A stretch of 64,000 bases of DNA, from NCBI RefSeq assembly GCF_000143415.4, contig NW_003314261.1, forward strand, positions 1,041,674 through 1,105,673, written 5' to 3'. Every line of letters begins with the position of its first letter. Position 1 is the stretch's first letter. The position numbers were made by a program, and so were the translations under genes. Below are positions 1-12,392 of the stretch, in pieces. The notes below the pieces were generated by a model. The model worked only from the letters and a program-made list of their open reading frames with translations. It was not told the origin of the DNA and ran no database searches. This DNA comes from Selaginella moellendorffii. Taxonomy: Eukaryota > Plantae > Lycopodiophyta.

Positions 1-94
1 CCTAACAGGGCTCGAGGAACAAGTTTAAAGTGAGTAATAAGTGAGTCTCTAGAAAAGGGACATAAGAGGACCAACACATGACACGTGGACGTCC

Positions 95-305
95 AAGATG
101 GACCTGAGATGGACTTGAGATGGAGTCTGAGATGGAGTTCGAGATGGACCCGAGATGGAGTTCGAGATGGAGTCCAAGATGGACCCGAGATGCAGTCTAA
201 GATGGACTCGAGATGGTGTTTGAGATGGACCTAAGATGGAGTCTGAGATGGACCTGAAGGTAGAGTTTGAGATGGAGCTTGAGATGGACCCGAGATGAAG
301 TTTGA
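95..305. repeat. Minisatellite of 11-12 bp units (GAGATGGACCY / GAGATGGAGTYY)
   Basis: Directly visible tandem array gagatggacct-gagatggactt-gagatggagtct-gagatggagttc-gagatggaccc...; it accounts for the low-complexity ORF 49..453. Confidence 0.85.
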
Positions 306-558
306 GAGGTGCCAGGTGTTGGGTGATGATATATCCACTAAGGAGTCCAAGGCTAAAGAGAATACAGAATGACAAACAAGGTAGCTTAGTGAAGTATTCA
401 AGAGCCAGCTCTAGTTCCCCCAGGAGATTGAATGGTCGATGCTCCCAGTCCAACCGTGGGTGGCACTACCTACTTGGATACCTGGTATGGCTCAATAGAA
501 CCTTACTCTAGCCCCATGGCTAGAGCACTCAAAGGCGGAAGGTGGGGAGAGTACCCAT

Positions 559-968
559 TGTCAAGACCCCCAATAAGATCAGGACTGGAAAATGTAAAAG
601 ATAAAGAGAAAAACTAGTGGAAACGAAGAAGAGGCCTTAGACTGGCATTGATTCAGATTATGGAGAAATGGAACAAGGTTAACCTATATATACTATAGTT
701 GATGAAACTCTATCACTCTTGGATCGAGGACGGCCTATATATAGCTGAGGTCGAGGAGGCGCCACATCATTATCAGGAATGTGGTTTGAGACTTAGGAAT
801 CGTATGGGAAATCAAAGAGTCAGGAATAGGGAAGTGTCTTGAGAGTTAGGAATAGGGAAGTGTCTCAAGAGTTAGGAATAGGGAAGTGTCTTGAGAGTCA
901 GGAATATGTTGTGGGTCAAGAATCCGGCAAGATTCAGGAATGTGGCAAGAATTGAGGGATTTCTGATA
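559..968 (-). repeat. 3' LTR (410 bp; 3 full copies of a 26-bp internal repeat)
   Basis: Begins TGTCAAGACCCCCAA, aligns with 5775-6213, and is adjacent to the polypurine tract. Confidence 0.92.
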
Positions 969-969
969 A

Positions 970-982
970 CACCCCCTCCTTG
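970..982 (-). promoter_or_regulatory. Polypurine tract (PPT) of the LTR retrotransposon
   Basis: Minus strand reads AAGGAGGGGG immediately upstream of the 3' LTR. Confidence 0.85.
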
Positions 983-1094
983 AGAATGAGTGGAACGAGA
1001 ACGTGAATGAGAATGAAGAGGATGAGATGGGCGGTAAGGGACGGGAGATGGAGAATAAAAAGAATGAGGATTGGGACGAGAAGGATAGTGGCAG

Positions 1095-4000
1095 TGGAAG
1101 TCTTGAACAAGGTTAGGAGAATGAATTAGATTGTCCACAAGTTCCCAAGTGCGTTCCTCATGTCCATAACCCTTCCAGTCTACCAGATAGTAGAGTTTAG
1201 ACCGTGAGATCTTGGAATCAAGGATGTCCTAAACCTCGTACTCAAACCCATCCTCAAGCTGCACTGGTGGAGGTGGAGGAATGACCCATTTTGGAATAGG
1301 ACTGGGAATATAACACTTAAGGAGAGAGGAGTGAAAAACGGGGTGAATTTGATATGAGGGAAGTGCAAGGCAATAAGTGACAGGATTAATGATGGTAATG
1401 ATAGGGAAAGGACTGAGGTGTTTGAAATCAAGTTTAGGACATGGCCTGGTGGTGGAGATATTTTGCCTGAGGAGCTAGACTTTATCCCCGATATTGTAAG
1501 GGGGACAATCTTGACGATGGACATTGGCAAATGTTTTATGAGATTCCTAAGCACGATGGAGGTGGAAAGAGATGGAGTTGTGGATTTCCTGGAAGTTAGA
1601 GACAAATGCCTTAGAGTGGGATTTGAACAAGAGGATTCAGATGGAAAAGGAAGTGAGAGATTAAATTGGGGGTTTCGGCCAAAGTTTGCAAAGAATGGGG
1701 AAACTTGAAGGGAGGAGTGAACAGAGTTGTTATAGGAGAACTTAGCAAGGGGAAGGATATCGAACAAATCATTCTGATGATTGTTGATGAAGCACCTCAG
1801 GAATTGTTCCAATGTCTAAATCGTTCACTCGAATTGTCCATCAGTTTGAGGATGATACACCGAAGAGAGGTTGGCCTTCACTCCAAGTAGTTGCAAGAAC
1901 CGTTGCCAGAAATGAGAGATGAACTAAGGTCCCCTATCCGAAACCACATTTGCAAGAATCCTATAAAGACAAAAAATTTCCCTGAATACCAGTTTTGCCT
2001 TGTCCTCACCTGAAAACTCCTTGGTACATGGTAGGAAGTGTGCCATCTTTCTGAAGCAATCCACCACGACTAAAATGCTGTTGAAGCCTCCAGAACTCAA
2101 AAGATCACTCAAGAAATTCATGGAGATGGATTCCCAAGGACCTGAAGGGACCAGGAGGGAACAAAGCAAACCTGAAGGAAGGTGGCAAGGTACCTTATTC
2201 CGGGCACAAGTGTCACAGGAGGTAATAAAAGCTTTGATGTACTCGTCCACGTGAGGCCACCAAAAGTCCCGTGCAACCAACTCATAGGTTTTTGCAATGC
2301 TGAAGTGACTAGTAGTCGGGTTATTGTGGCACGCCATCAGGACCAACCTTTGAGCATCACCTTCAGGAATGTAAAGCTTTTCCCCACGGTACAACAAGCC
2401 ATCTAAGAACTTGAACTCGTCAAATCACCAGCAGTCAGGAGTCATTGGATGTCTAGCTTGAAGATGGGGGAAAATGGCGCTAGCAAGGTCGTCAGATTGA
2501 AGATTGTTTCTGATGGCATCCATCAAGGAGGAGTCCTAAGGGGCTAGGGAAATTGCCATAACTTAAAGCCGATCAGGACCTAAGATAACTTGATCTTGTT
2601 GATTGAAGGCGAGATTACCAGGCTTGAGACTGAGATAGGAGCGCCTTGAAAGAGCATCAAGAAAGCTTTGAAGCTTTCCAGGTCTATACTTGATAACAAA
2701 GTTAAATTGACTTAGGAATTGTGCCCACCTTGCCTAACGACGGCTCAAAACTCGGGAAGTGGCAAAGTACTTGAGATTTTTGTGATCCGTACAAAGCGTT
2801 GTTTGATGGCTCGCCCCCTCCAAGAAATGATGCCACTCTCCAAAAGAATCCACGATGGCAAGGAGCTTTTTGTCGTGGATTTCATAATTGATCTCCACAG
2901 GCTGGAGTTTTTGAGAATGGAAAGTGACCGGATGAAATTCCTGATCTACTCCGAATTAAGACAGCACAGCACCGATGGCAAAGTCAGAGGTGTTCGCCTC
3001 GATGAAGAAAGGTTGTGAGGGATCAGTGTGGATCAAGACGGGAGTAGAACTAAAGGCCGCCTTGAGTGTGTCGAAGGCTTGCTAGGCAGTAGCAGACCAA
3101 GAGAAGGGAACATCCTTGCGAGTGAAATGCGTGAAAGGACAATGTTGAAGTAGTGATCAATGAATTTGTGGTAGAAGTTGGCAAAGCTAAGGAAAACCTG
3201 AACATCCGACATTGATTGTGGAGGCTCCCATTCAAGAATAGTCTTGACTTTGGCAGGATCCATCATGATACCCTTAGGAGTGACAATGTACCCAAGGAAC
3301 TCCATAGACTCCTGATCGAAGGAACATTTCTCAAGCTTCGCATATAGGCTGTGTTCCCGCAGCTTTGCCAGCACGTTGTGCACATGCTCGTCATGCTCCT
3401 CCTGAGTAGATGAGGATGTCGTCGAGGTATACAATCACCATCTGATCAAGAAACTCCCAAAAGATGTAGTTTGCCACGTGTTGAAAAACTACTGGAGCAT
3501 TTGTCAAGCCAAACAGCATGACAGTGTACTTGAAGTGGCCATAGCGGGTTTGGAATGCAGTCTTTCATTCATCGCCAGGCCGGATCTAGATCAAGTTGTA
3601 TGCTCCACATAGGTTGATCTTGGTGCAAAAGCAGGCACTGCTGAGGCATTCCAATAGGTCCGAGATCAGGGGCAGTGAATAACAGTTCCAAACAGTCACC
3701 TTATTCAAACCTCGGTAGTTGATGACTAGCCACAAACTCCCATCCTTCTTCTTGACAAAGAAGATAGGTGCTCCAGCCAGGGACTACAAATGCTGAATGT
3801 ACCCTGAGGCAAGGTTCTCGTCCACGTACTCTTTGAGGGCCTTAAACTCAAACAGGAATAACTTGTAGATAGGCCCCCATGGAAGTGACGCTCCATTCTG
3901 TAAATTAATGGGACAATCATAAAGCCAATGAATAGGCAGTACACTAGCTTTTTTCTTGTCAAACACATCCTCAAAATCATGATACTTCTCAGGAAGACTA

Positions 4001-5600
4001 ACAGGAGAAACATGCAAAACAAAAAGGAAAATAGGTTCTTCATGAAGGAGTTCTTTCATAGTGATTGTGGAGATAGGAGGAGGCATACGACTGAATGGAA
4101 TGATGAGACGAGGATACTGTCCAGTGTAAAATGGAAGAGAGGGAAAAGAAGAGGGTGAAAACTTCGTAAAGTCAGGAACAAAACCCCAATTTAAGTTTAG
4201 GGAACTTTTCCTGATTTGGACTCGATGAATAGTAGGGGAAGACATGGGAGATGGTGACGTGGGAGAGACGAGCTGTAATTCCTTCCAACAAATTTGAGGC
4301 TAGTGCAGTTGGAACCAAGGAATGCCGAGCACTACAGAGGAGGACTTGCTGTTAATGATGTTGAAGGCGATATCGGTGACAGTGGACCCGATGTGTACTC
4401 GAATGGGCAACATTTCCTTAAGTCCAGAAGATGGAGACACAAAATGCCCGCCAATGCCTTCAACCCTCAGATCCCATATGGTAGAAGAAAGAGGAACATG
4501 ATGTCGGGCAACAAAGTCTGTGTCCATGAAGCAGGAAGTTGCACCCGAGTCCAGTAGTGCCAGAGCCTTGAGTTCTGATTGTCCGGTGAAAGAAAGGAGA
4601 TATAGGATGCAGAAGTTGCGGGAATTGGTGGTGGCTTTGATGAAAGGTGGTGAGGAGCTTGATAAAGAAGAAAAGTGATTTTTATTCGGGGAGTCCAAAT
4701 AGACAGTTCCTACTCTGTTTGGATAGGGTCGTTTCCTGACTGCAACAGAGGTGGACCTTGAGGCAAAGTGAACTCGAGCAGTCAGGGAGGCTTCTTGGGA
4801 CACACAGCTACTTTGTGATTAAGATCAGCACAGTAGAGGCAAAGATTATGAGATATTCAACGTTACTTCTCAGTAGGACTCAACTTCCCTCTTATGAGTT
4901 AGGGAGTACCAGAAATATCCACTGGGACCGGAGTAGTAGGTTCAGGAGTATGCCTCGAAGACTCAAGCTGGAATTCTTGAGTCTGGGACGGGAAAACGGT
5001 GGTATGGTGACTTTCCTGATGACGTTCAAAGAGACAATTGCCAAATTGAATAACTTTATTGATGGCATCTGACAAGTCCGTGGGATCCTCCATGGTGAGC
5101 AACAAATCCTTGACACCATTGTTGAGGCTGAAACGAAATTGATCAATCAAGGCCTGGTTATCACACTAAGTGTCTAAGGCAAGGAGTTGGAACTCTGCAG
5201 CATAAATTGAGGCAGGACAAAACCCTTGAGAGAGACGTCTCATCTTTGTGGTGGTAGCCCGAACCCGATCCATCTCGCCAAAACATGCTTCGAGCTTCTC
5301 TTTGAACAATTGAAAATCCATCAGCTCTGAAACCATGACCCCTTTCATGTTTTTCTCCAGGAGAGGAGAAAACCATGACAAAGCTACACCTTCGAACAAT
5401 GTCCCGATCGCACCAATTTGAGACTCAGGAGTGGGTACCGCTGATGTTGAAGTGCAAAGATCAGCTCCATCTGGTTCAGGAATTCGCGAAGCTCCAAACG
5501 CTTGTCTGAAAACTTCGCCGGGAAACTCACCTTTGGTTCAGGAACTCTGCTTGATCCTTGAGCCGAAAGTGAAGCAAGCTCCTATTGCATGTGAAGAAGG
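1095..5600 (-). pseudogene. Disrupted gag-pol polyprotein with C-terminal chromodomain
   Basis: ORF fragments 5166..5399, 4300..4803, 3784..4245, 3033..3434, 1924..2397 and 1180..1812. Chromodomain reads [38 protein letters not shown]. Confidence 0.93.
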
Positions 5601-5757
5601 GTCGCCTTCAGCTTGGTATTCTCAGACTAGATTTTTGCAAGGACTTCGGCAAAGAAATCAGGATAGCTTGGAGACTCCATCGGCAAAGAAGAAAGAAAAG
5701 AGGGAAAAAGGCAAAGGCAGTCAAACAATCAAAATGAGCTAAAGCAAAAGCAACAAA

Positions 5758-5772
5758 CACAATCTGAATCAA
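5758..5772 (-). promoter_or_regulatory. Primer-binding site, complementary to the element's own LTR rather than a tRNA 3' end
   Basis: Plus-strand CACAATCTGAATCAA lies 2 nt from the 5' LTR and is the exact reverse complement of LTR 5864-5878. There is no TGG-initiated tRNA-type PBS. Confidence 0.8.
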
Positions 5773-5774
5773 AC

Positions 5775-6213
5775 TGTCAAGACCCCCAACAAGATCATGA
5801 CTAGAAAATGTAGAAGATAAAGAGAAAAGTTAGTGGAAACGAAAAAAAAGCCTTAGACTAACATTGATTCAGATTGTGGAAAAATAAAACAAGGCTAATC
5901 TATATATACTATAGGTTGATGAAGCTCCACCACTCTTGGATCGAGGACGGCCTAAATATAGCTAAAGTCGAGGAGGTGCCACATCATCATCAGGAATATG
6001 GTTCAAGACTCAGGAATCATATGAGAAATTAGAGAGTCAGGAATAAGGAAGTGTCTCGAGAGTTAGGAATAGGGAAGTGTCTTAAGAGTCAGGAATAGGG
6101 AGGTGTCTCAAGAGTCAAGAATAGGGAAGTGTCTCGAGAGTCAAGAATGTGGTCTGTGGGTCAGGAATCTAGCAAGATTCAGGAATGTGGCAAGAATTGG
6201 GGGATTCTTGACA
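5775..6213 (-). repeat. 5' LTR (439 bp; 4 full copies of the 26-bp internal repeat; TATA box at ~5901-5908)
   Basis: TGTCAAGA...TCTTGACA termini followed by TSD CCCAT. Confidence 0.93.
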
Positions 6214-9200
6214 CCCATAAGGCTCGTGTAGAGCCATGGTGTTCCGAAATGTTGTCCCAAAGTTCCGGACAGTGAAAAGGAAGAAGAGTAGTCCTCAGGT
6301 GTAATGACCAAGGATACAGTCATATGGTGAGGAAGTCCTAGAGAATAAGAGGACTTAGTGGTTGGGCCTGTGGGCCTTGATCCAGTGGCTGTGTTGGCAA
6401 ATACGGCCATGGATAGAAAGGGACTTGGTAGGGATTGAAGAAAGGATATTGGGGAAGGCTATTCCCCATGTCTACAAGCATTTTAAGGATGCTAAAAATG
6501 ACCACTCATGGACAGATGGCCCAATCTTTGAGAGATGGAACTGTGATGTAAGTGGTGTTGTATCACCAATGTAACAAAGGTGAATATGCATGGCCTTAGA
6601 ATAATGGGCTGATATGTTAGCAATACCTTTAAGTGTTAGTTATGGGATCGAACATTTGGAGCACTTGGACCAAGTGCAAAAGCTGAGTGGCATGGATGCC
6701 ATTTTTGGGGCTAGCAAGCCCCAAATCTTGAATAAAACTTATGGAGGTTGTGGATAAGAGTCTTTTAAATGGTTGGACGTGTGGTTAAGTGACTAAATTA
6801 GAATGAAAAATTTAGTTTCTTACAAAAATGTCTTAGATGTTTGGTCTTTAGAGGAAAGCCATTTTTATATTGAAATTGATTAGGAAGCTAACTGCTTACT
6901 CCTAAAAGTGATTGATAGTCCAATATACAAGGGGAATACATTACATACCAAAATCTTGTACCACTCACTCCATGAATGAGGCATAATAACTAGGTTTGCC
7001 ATAGTAGCAATGCCAACAGACTTTAAAATATATAAGCATAGGCTAACAATTAATTTTACTAATAAAGTTTTAAAGAGCATAGTTCCTATGCATAAAATTG
7101 TTACTATCTATACCAAACACGGTAATAGATATACAATATTCCCCTTTACAATCTAAGGAGTGAAAGGTAATCTAAAAAGAAGTATTTATAAGAAGAATGA
7201 GATTTCAGAGCACTTGCTCGTGATATCCATGATCTTAACTTCCTTTCAGAACAAACTAAATAATTGCTCAATCAAATTAGAGAAAAGCTTGAAAGAGAGT
7301 AAATTAAAAGCATATTAAGTACACCTCAATGAAGTAAAAGAGATTGGAAATCCTAATATGACTTTGACAGTCATCCAAAATATGTGAATCCATATGCTAC
7401 TCCTCCTTGGTAGCATTGGCATATAGAAAACACTTTTGCTTCAACTTAGAGTGGTGGAACACAAAACAACTAGAATGATTCCCCACAAAAGGAAGAAAAG
7501 CTAAATTTACAACTCTTACCCTTTGACAGTGGTCCAAGTTCCCTTACAAACTAAACACTTATTTTGCTTGCAAAATAAAACATTTCCTGTCAAATTGCAA
7601 TGAGCACAATAACAATTACACATCCAGTGGCCACCCAACACTAAAGATGAAGACTTAAGAGCTCCAAATTTTGTGGAGAAGTAGGAGAGGAGGCAACCAA
7701 CACCACCATGGGGGTGGTTAGTAGCCACCCAGCACTAAAGATGGAGGCTTAGGAGCTCTAGGGTTTGTGGATGTGCAAGTCAAGTTTGCCGTGCTTGACT
7801 CATGTATATGCTCTCTTCTATCCTTTTTGCAGGCGTTCTCACTTCTTTCCCACAATGGAGTGCTATGGCCAGCACTCTGGAGCAGTGGAGCACCAATTGG
7901 AGTGCTATGGCTATCCAATAGTGGAGTGCTATGGGAAATTGATTGATCCAATCTGCTACTAGCACTCAATTCTCTAGAGCCAACAAAAATTGATAAGCAA
8001 TGCAACTTGGCTATAAACCCACAAAAAGCAACATTTTTTGTTGCCTACTGTCCATGGCTTATGCCCCAGCAATTCTCTACCCCAGCACCCAGTCTACACC
8101 CACAAATTCAAATGGTAAGTCCTAAAAAACTCTTGGAGGGATTATGTGGGAACAACTCTTGGGGTTCCTTTAGAGCATGGCTACTAAGTTTGCTGGTGAT
8201 TATATAGAAGATGTTTCTTATGTGGTGAAACCATTGGGCCAAGAATATTGTTTCCTAACTTGGATAATATGATTAAAATTCATTTGAACTTAAACTTGCC
8301 TCAATCAGTTAATATAATTAAGATGGCACTACAATTTTCTTCTTTATGTATATGTTTAGTTGATAGATAAAGTCATCCTATTGATGTATTGATTGGGTAA
8401 TTACAACAATTCCATATGGATTGCCTCTCTCTACACATGAGATTTACATTTCAAACATGAGGTTGATACTAAAGGTGTGGGTTAGCTTAGTCTTCATATA
8501 AACAAAGTTTATAAATCTTACGAACATAGAATATCAAGTTTTGAATTTATAATTTATATATTAATAACAATTATATCAATTCTTAGTTTTACTTGGGTCT
8601 AGGTAGTAGATTAGTGTTCTTAAAATTTTATTGTTCTATATTCTAAGAAAAGCAAATGGTAATGTAATTCTTTACTAATATCTATATTACTTAAAATTAA
8701 ATTAATTTATTTCGATTCTAATTTGTTATTTTTAGGTTATGTTTGGGTATATTAATGTTCTTAAATCTTGGTTATATTTTTATTCATATTCCAAGTAAAA
8801 AAATAATACTTATATAATGCTTCCCTAATTAATGATAATTATTCCTAGTAATTTTTCTTTACATTTCTATAAGTCTGGGTAGTAATATTTTAGTTTTGTT
8901 AACATTTTAGGATTCTAAATTTCTGCATATCCCAAGTAAAAATATACTTTACATGTAACATCTAATTAATAAAATTTATTTTTAGTAATTCTTCTTTTAT
9001 TGTTTTTTGTATGGAAGTGTACTAAATATATTTATTCTTAAATCCATAAGACATTATTCTTAGCAATTTTTGTTTTAATTTTTTCTGGGTTGAGTATTAA
9101 GTTTATAATCTTAATATTCTAAATATATTCATATTCCCAAGTAATACTGCATATAATATCTTTATCAATAATATTTACTTAGTAATTCTTCTTTTCACTT

Positions 9201-9248
9201 TGGGAATATAATAGTGTTCTAAATATATAGTCTATGTTATATAGTATT

Positions 9249-9292
9249 GTGTGTGTGTGTGTGTGTGTGTGTCTATATATATATATATATAT
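9249..9292. repeat. Compound (GT)n/(TA)n microsatellite
   Basis: Directly visible. Confidence 0.9.
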
Positions 9293-10492
9293 CAGAAGAA
9301 AAAAGTTGTATAAAATTAATGATTTTGGTGCTCATCCAGCATTTGATGGGCAATACTAGTGTTTCTATATTTTGTGTTGTTATGTGTATTATACATTTAT
9401 AGTTTTTTATGTTTAAATGTTTTTTTATTATATTTTGATTGTGTTCTATATCTCTCATATGTAATATTGCTGAGGTTTTTCATAATGTTTGTATCACAGT
9501 TGAAGCTGTATATGCACAATAATGAATTTTAGTTCCTAGTTGGATAAATCTATCATAGTACTAATATTGCAGATTAAAGCATTTTATTTTATGTATTGTT
9601 CTTGCTGCTGCTGGTTGTATAGAAATTGTGTTCTTGATAATGTATAATTATTAAATTTTTTATTTGTATTCATTTAAACATGATTTGAATTATATTATTT
9701 GGAACTTTTTGAACATAATTGTTTTCCTACTATATCATTTTCAAATTTTATCCATAATATTTCTTTATTTTGAGATATATTTATATTTCATACTAAGCCA
9801 TCTTGTGTTTTTATATTTGGAGTATCTCAATCTTTATTTCTTTTTATTATTATTAAGCTTCCTGGAACATTTTGTTTTACTTTATCATTATGTTGCTTTA
9901 CTTGATAAAGTACAATTTGTTGTTATTTTTTATTAATTATCTCTATATTTTCTTCATTTTGTTCAGATGTTCTTATTCTATTTAGTATTTTATGAATTTC
10001 ATATCATCCTTTTGTCTCATTATTTCTGTAAGTTCATAACATGTTCTTCCATGGATATATAATTAGTAAATGAGTAATAATAACTCATATTGTTTATTTG
10101 GAGAAAACTTCACTGTGACAGGCTCCATAATAGAAAAAGTGTTATAGCTCTCTCCAGAAATAAAGATTGAATATATAATCCAACAATCATATAATTCTTG
10201 AGGATGTTTTAGTTTTGTTTGTAATTGCTATTGATATTTTTGGTATGGATGAAGAAAATAAAAAAGCATAAAATTGGCATTAACTATCATAAAAGCATCA
10301 TGAATGACATTTTTATTGATTTTTATAGGTATAAACATTCTTATTTTCTTGTAAGTCAATCAGGCTACATTTTGCCTTTGTGATAACGAAAGTTCCATGG
10401 ACAAGCACCTTAGCTTTGATCAACAGTTTACCTTGATAATCTAGAAGATATTCCCGAATGGAGCAAACTCCCGGACCTCTCACTACCACCCA

Positions 10493-12325
10493 TTAGCTGG
10501 AGCTTGGTCTCCATCCCGAGAAGGCATGGAGGATCTGGCCTTTCCATCCCAGTAGCAGCCACCCCTGGTCCCTGTGAAGCTCAAAGCTTTGGTGATACAT
10601 ACCCATGAGCGATTCCGTGTCGTGGAACACCTGGTCGCTTATGTTGAGCAGCTCAAACTTGGCTCGCTGCGTCCTCGAGTGCCACTGCTTGTAAGTCTCC
10701 GCTCGCTCCACTCGCTCTAATCCCTCGCACGCCACGATGTTGACGATCTCCCGCCCGTACTTCTCCTGCTCCAGCAAGTGCCGCTCCTTGCTCTCCGGCT
10801 GCGAGCAGCAATCGATGGCGTCGAAGAGCAGCGCAAAATGTGTCAGCGCCTCGAGGAACCGCGTCATGAAGAAGGGGACGTTGTAGCTCGCGTTGTTCAT
10901 CCCCTGGATGAACACCCTGGGATTCAAGCTCCGCACCCGGTTGAGCCACATTTTCCTCGGGCTCTCGGCGAGAACGGATTCGTCAAGCAAGTTGGTCTGC
11001 CGGAACATACAGTTGACGGCTAGAACTTCATCGTCGCTCAGGAGCAGCGTCGCAGCGTCGATGTTCTCCCACTTCTTCGACACGGCCCGGAACTTGAAAG
11101 GCAGCCCGATCGACTGCGCATACTCCCGGAGCATGCACCCCACGTCGCTGGCGCTGCCACCCCCTGGTAATGGAGAATCGATGCCGGTGATGCGCAGATA
11201 CGGAGGACCACCCGGAGTATTCGCCAGTTCTTGCATCAGAGCCGGCCACTGGAACCCGAAACAGGCACCATAGTCGACAATGTGAATCCGCTGGTGACCT
11301 CTACACGCGTTGAGGATGACTTGATTCGGGAAGAAGTATCTCACGGACAAGAACGGGCTTCGTTCCATGATGTACTCGACCGACTTGAGCATCGCTCCCG
11401 CGGTTGGCCTCGCGTGACACATTGCCGTGAAGAGGCCATTCCCTGTGGCGGACACCCTCGCCACCAAAGCCTCGACGAAGTAGTAGACGATCCGCTGCGT
11501 GGAGGTTCCAAGTGGCGACACTTTGCTCCGGATCTCCTCCACCAAGAGGTTGGCTCGCATCACGTCATGGGAAGAGACCGCTCGAGCACACTCGACGAGC
11601 TGCTCGACAAGATCCAAGCTTGGCAGTCCCACACTCTCCAAGACTTGGTAGTAAGTTCCTTTGCCAGTGGCGAGTAGAGATGGTGGCTGCTGCTGGAGGT
11701 CTTCTTCGTGCTGGTATTTTGGCGATGGCTTTGGCCACTGGAGTCCCACCGGGCTGTCGATCATCCATGCGACCTCTGGCTGGATCACCATGCTTGAGTC
11801 TTCGTCCTCACTAGCGTCGAAAGTTACATCGCACTCTGGATTGTCGAGGACGTTCGTGGAGAGCGAGCATCTCATCGTTGCGAAACCACCAAAGTCACTG
11901 CTGGAGAGATCTGGTTCTTCCTCTGGAAGCAGCTGCGAAGAATCCTGCTCGCCAGGATCCGGCTCCTCCAAGCCGATCAACTCCATGAGCTCGTGCTCCA
12001 GTACCTCCAAATCGCTGCTTTTGTCAACGCCATGACCTTGCTCTGGAGTAATGCTTCGATCTTCGCGCTGATCACTGTCGTCCATGAGAAGATTGAGAAT
12101 GCTGCATAGATCCTCGTCGATCTCGCCCCCATTTGGAGTGCCGGCGTCGAATCCCTGCGATTCCGGTGGATTCTCCGACGAACCGCTGCTCGACGCTGAA
12201 GAATCCAAGCTAGGTTTCTTGCGGAGCTGAGATTGGAGCCATACCTGCTGGAGCTTGAGTGCCAGTGGCGACGCGAAATCGCTGCTGTCGCTTCTCTCTC
12301 GATCGAGTAAAGACGCCGCCGCCAT
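10493..12325 (-). CDS. GRAS transcription factor, LISCL (SCL9/SCL14-like) subfamily, intronless, ~610 aa
   Basis: LVECARAV (LHRI), IHIVDYG (VHIID variant), PPYLRITGID, NASYNVPFFMTRFLEAL, ERVERAETYKQW, WLLLGWKG...SGW (SAW motif). First ATG is at 12325. Confidence 0.93.
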   Translation of the reverse strand: MAAASLLDRERSDSSDFASPLALKLQQVWLQSQLRKKPSLDSSASSSGSSENPPESQGFDAGTPNGGEIDEDLCSILNLLMDDSDQREDRSITPEQGHGVDKSSDLEVLEHELMELIGLEEPDPGEQDSSQLLPEEEPDLSSSDFGGFATMRCSLSTNVLDNPECDVTFDASEDEDSSMVIQPEVAWMIDSPVGLQWPKPSPKYQHEEDLQQQPPSLLATGKGTYYQVLESVGLPSLDLVEQLVECARAVSSHDVMRANLLVEEIRSKVSPLGTSTQRIVYYFVEALVARVSATGNGLFTAMCHARPTAGAMLKSVEYIMERSPFLSVRYFFPNQVILNACRGHQRIHIVDYGACFGFQWPALMQELANTPGGPPYLRITGIDSPLPGGGSASDVGCMLREYAQSIGLPFKFRAVSKKWENIDAATLLLSDDEVLAVNCMFRQTNLLDESVLAESPRKMWLNRVRSLNPRVFIQGMNNASYNVPFFMTRFLEALTHFALLFDAIDCCSQPESKERHLLEQEKYGREIVNIVACEGLERVERAETYKQWHSRTQRAKFELLNISDQVFHDTESLMGMYHQSFELHRDQGWLLLGWKGQILHAFSGWRPSSS

Positions 12326-12392
12326 CGCTCCTCGTGGGCAAAATATTTTTCCAGTCAAAGAAAGTAACCTACGCGAGGCAGTGCTAGGGTTT

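Larger units (their letters stand above)
559..6213 (-). mobile_element. Full-length, decayed Ty3/gypsy chromovirus LTR retrotransposon
   Basis: Two LTRs with outer termini TGTCAAGA...TCTTGACA; 5-bp TSD CCCAT at 554-558 and 6214-6218. Minus-strand order is gag (zinc knuckle LCLYCADLNHKVAVCP ~4800-4845), protease (LALLDSGATSCF), RT ([10 protein letters not shown] ~3415-3440), RNase H, integrase (HNNPTTSHF...CDTC, GPWESISMNF), chromodomain (~1095-1245). Many stops and frameshifts. Confidence 0.96.

Noticed and set aside
49-453. 134-aa ORF
   Set aside because: Produced by the 11-12 bp minisatellite; low complexity, no domain.
816-905. 26-bp direct repeats resembling a CRISPR array (also 6033-6148)
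   Set aside because: Contiguous repeats with no spacers, inside LTRs, in eukaryotic DNA with no cas genes.
6219-8200. Sequence flanking the retrotransposon, with short TGGAGTGCTATGG repeats (~7856-7935) and small ORFs
   Set aside because: Probably an older TE remnant, but no diagnostic motif could be supported.
8500-9240. Weak periodicity (CATATTCCCAAGTAA...TAGTAATTCTTCTTTT) in AT-rich DNA
   Set aside because: Too degenerate to define a unit by eye; low information.
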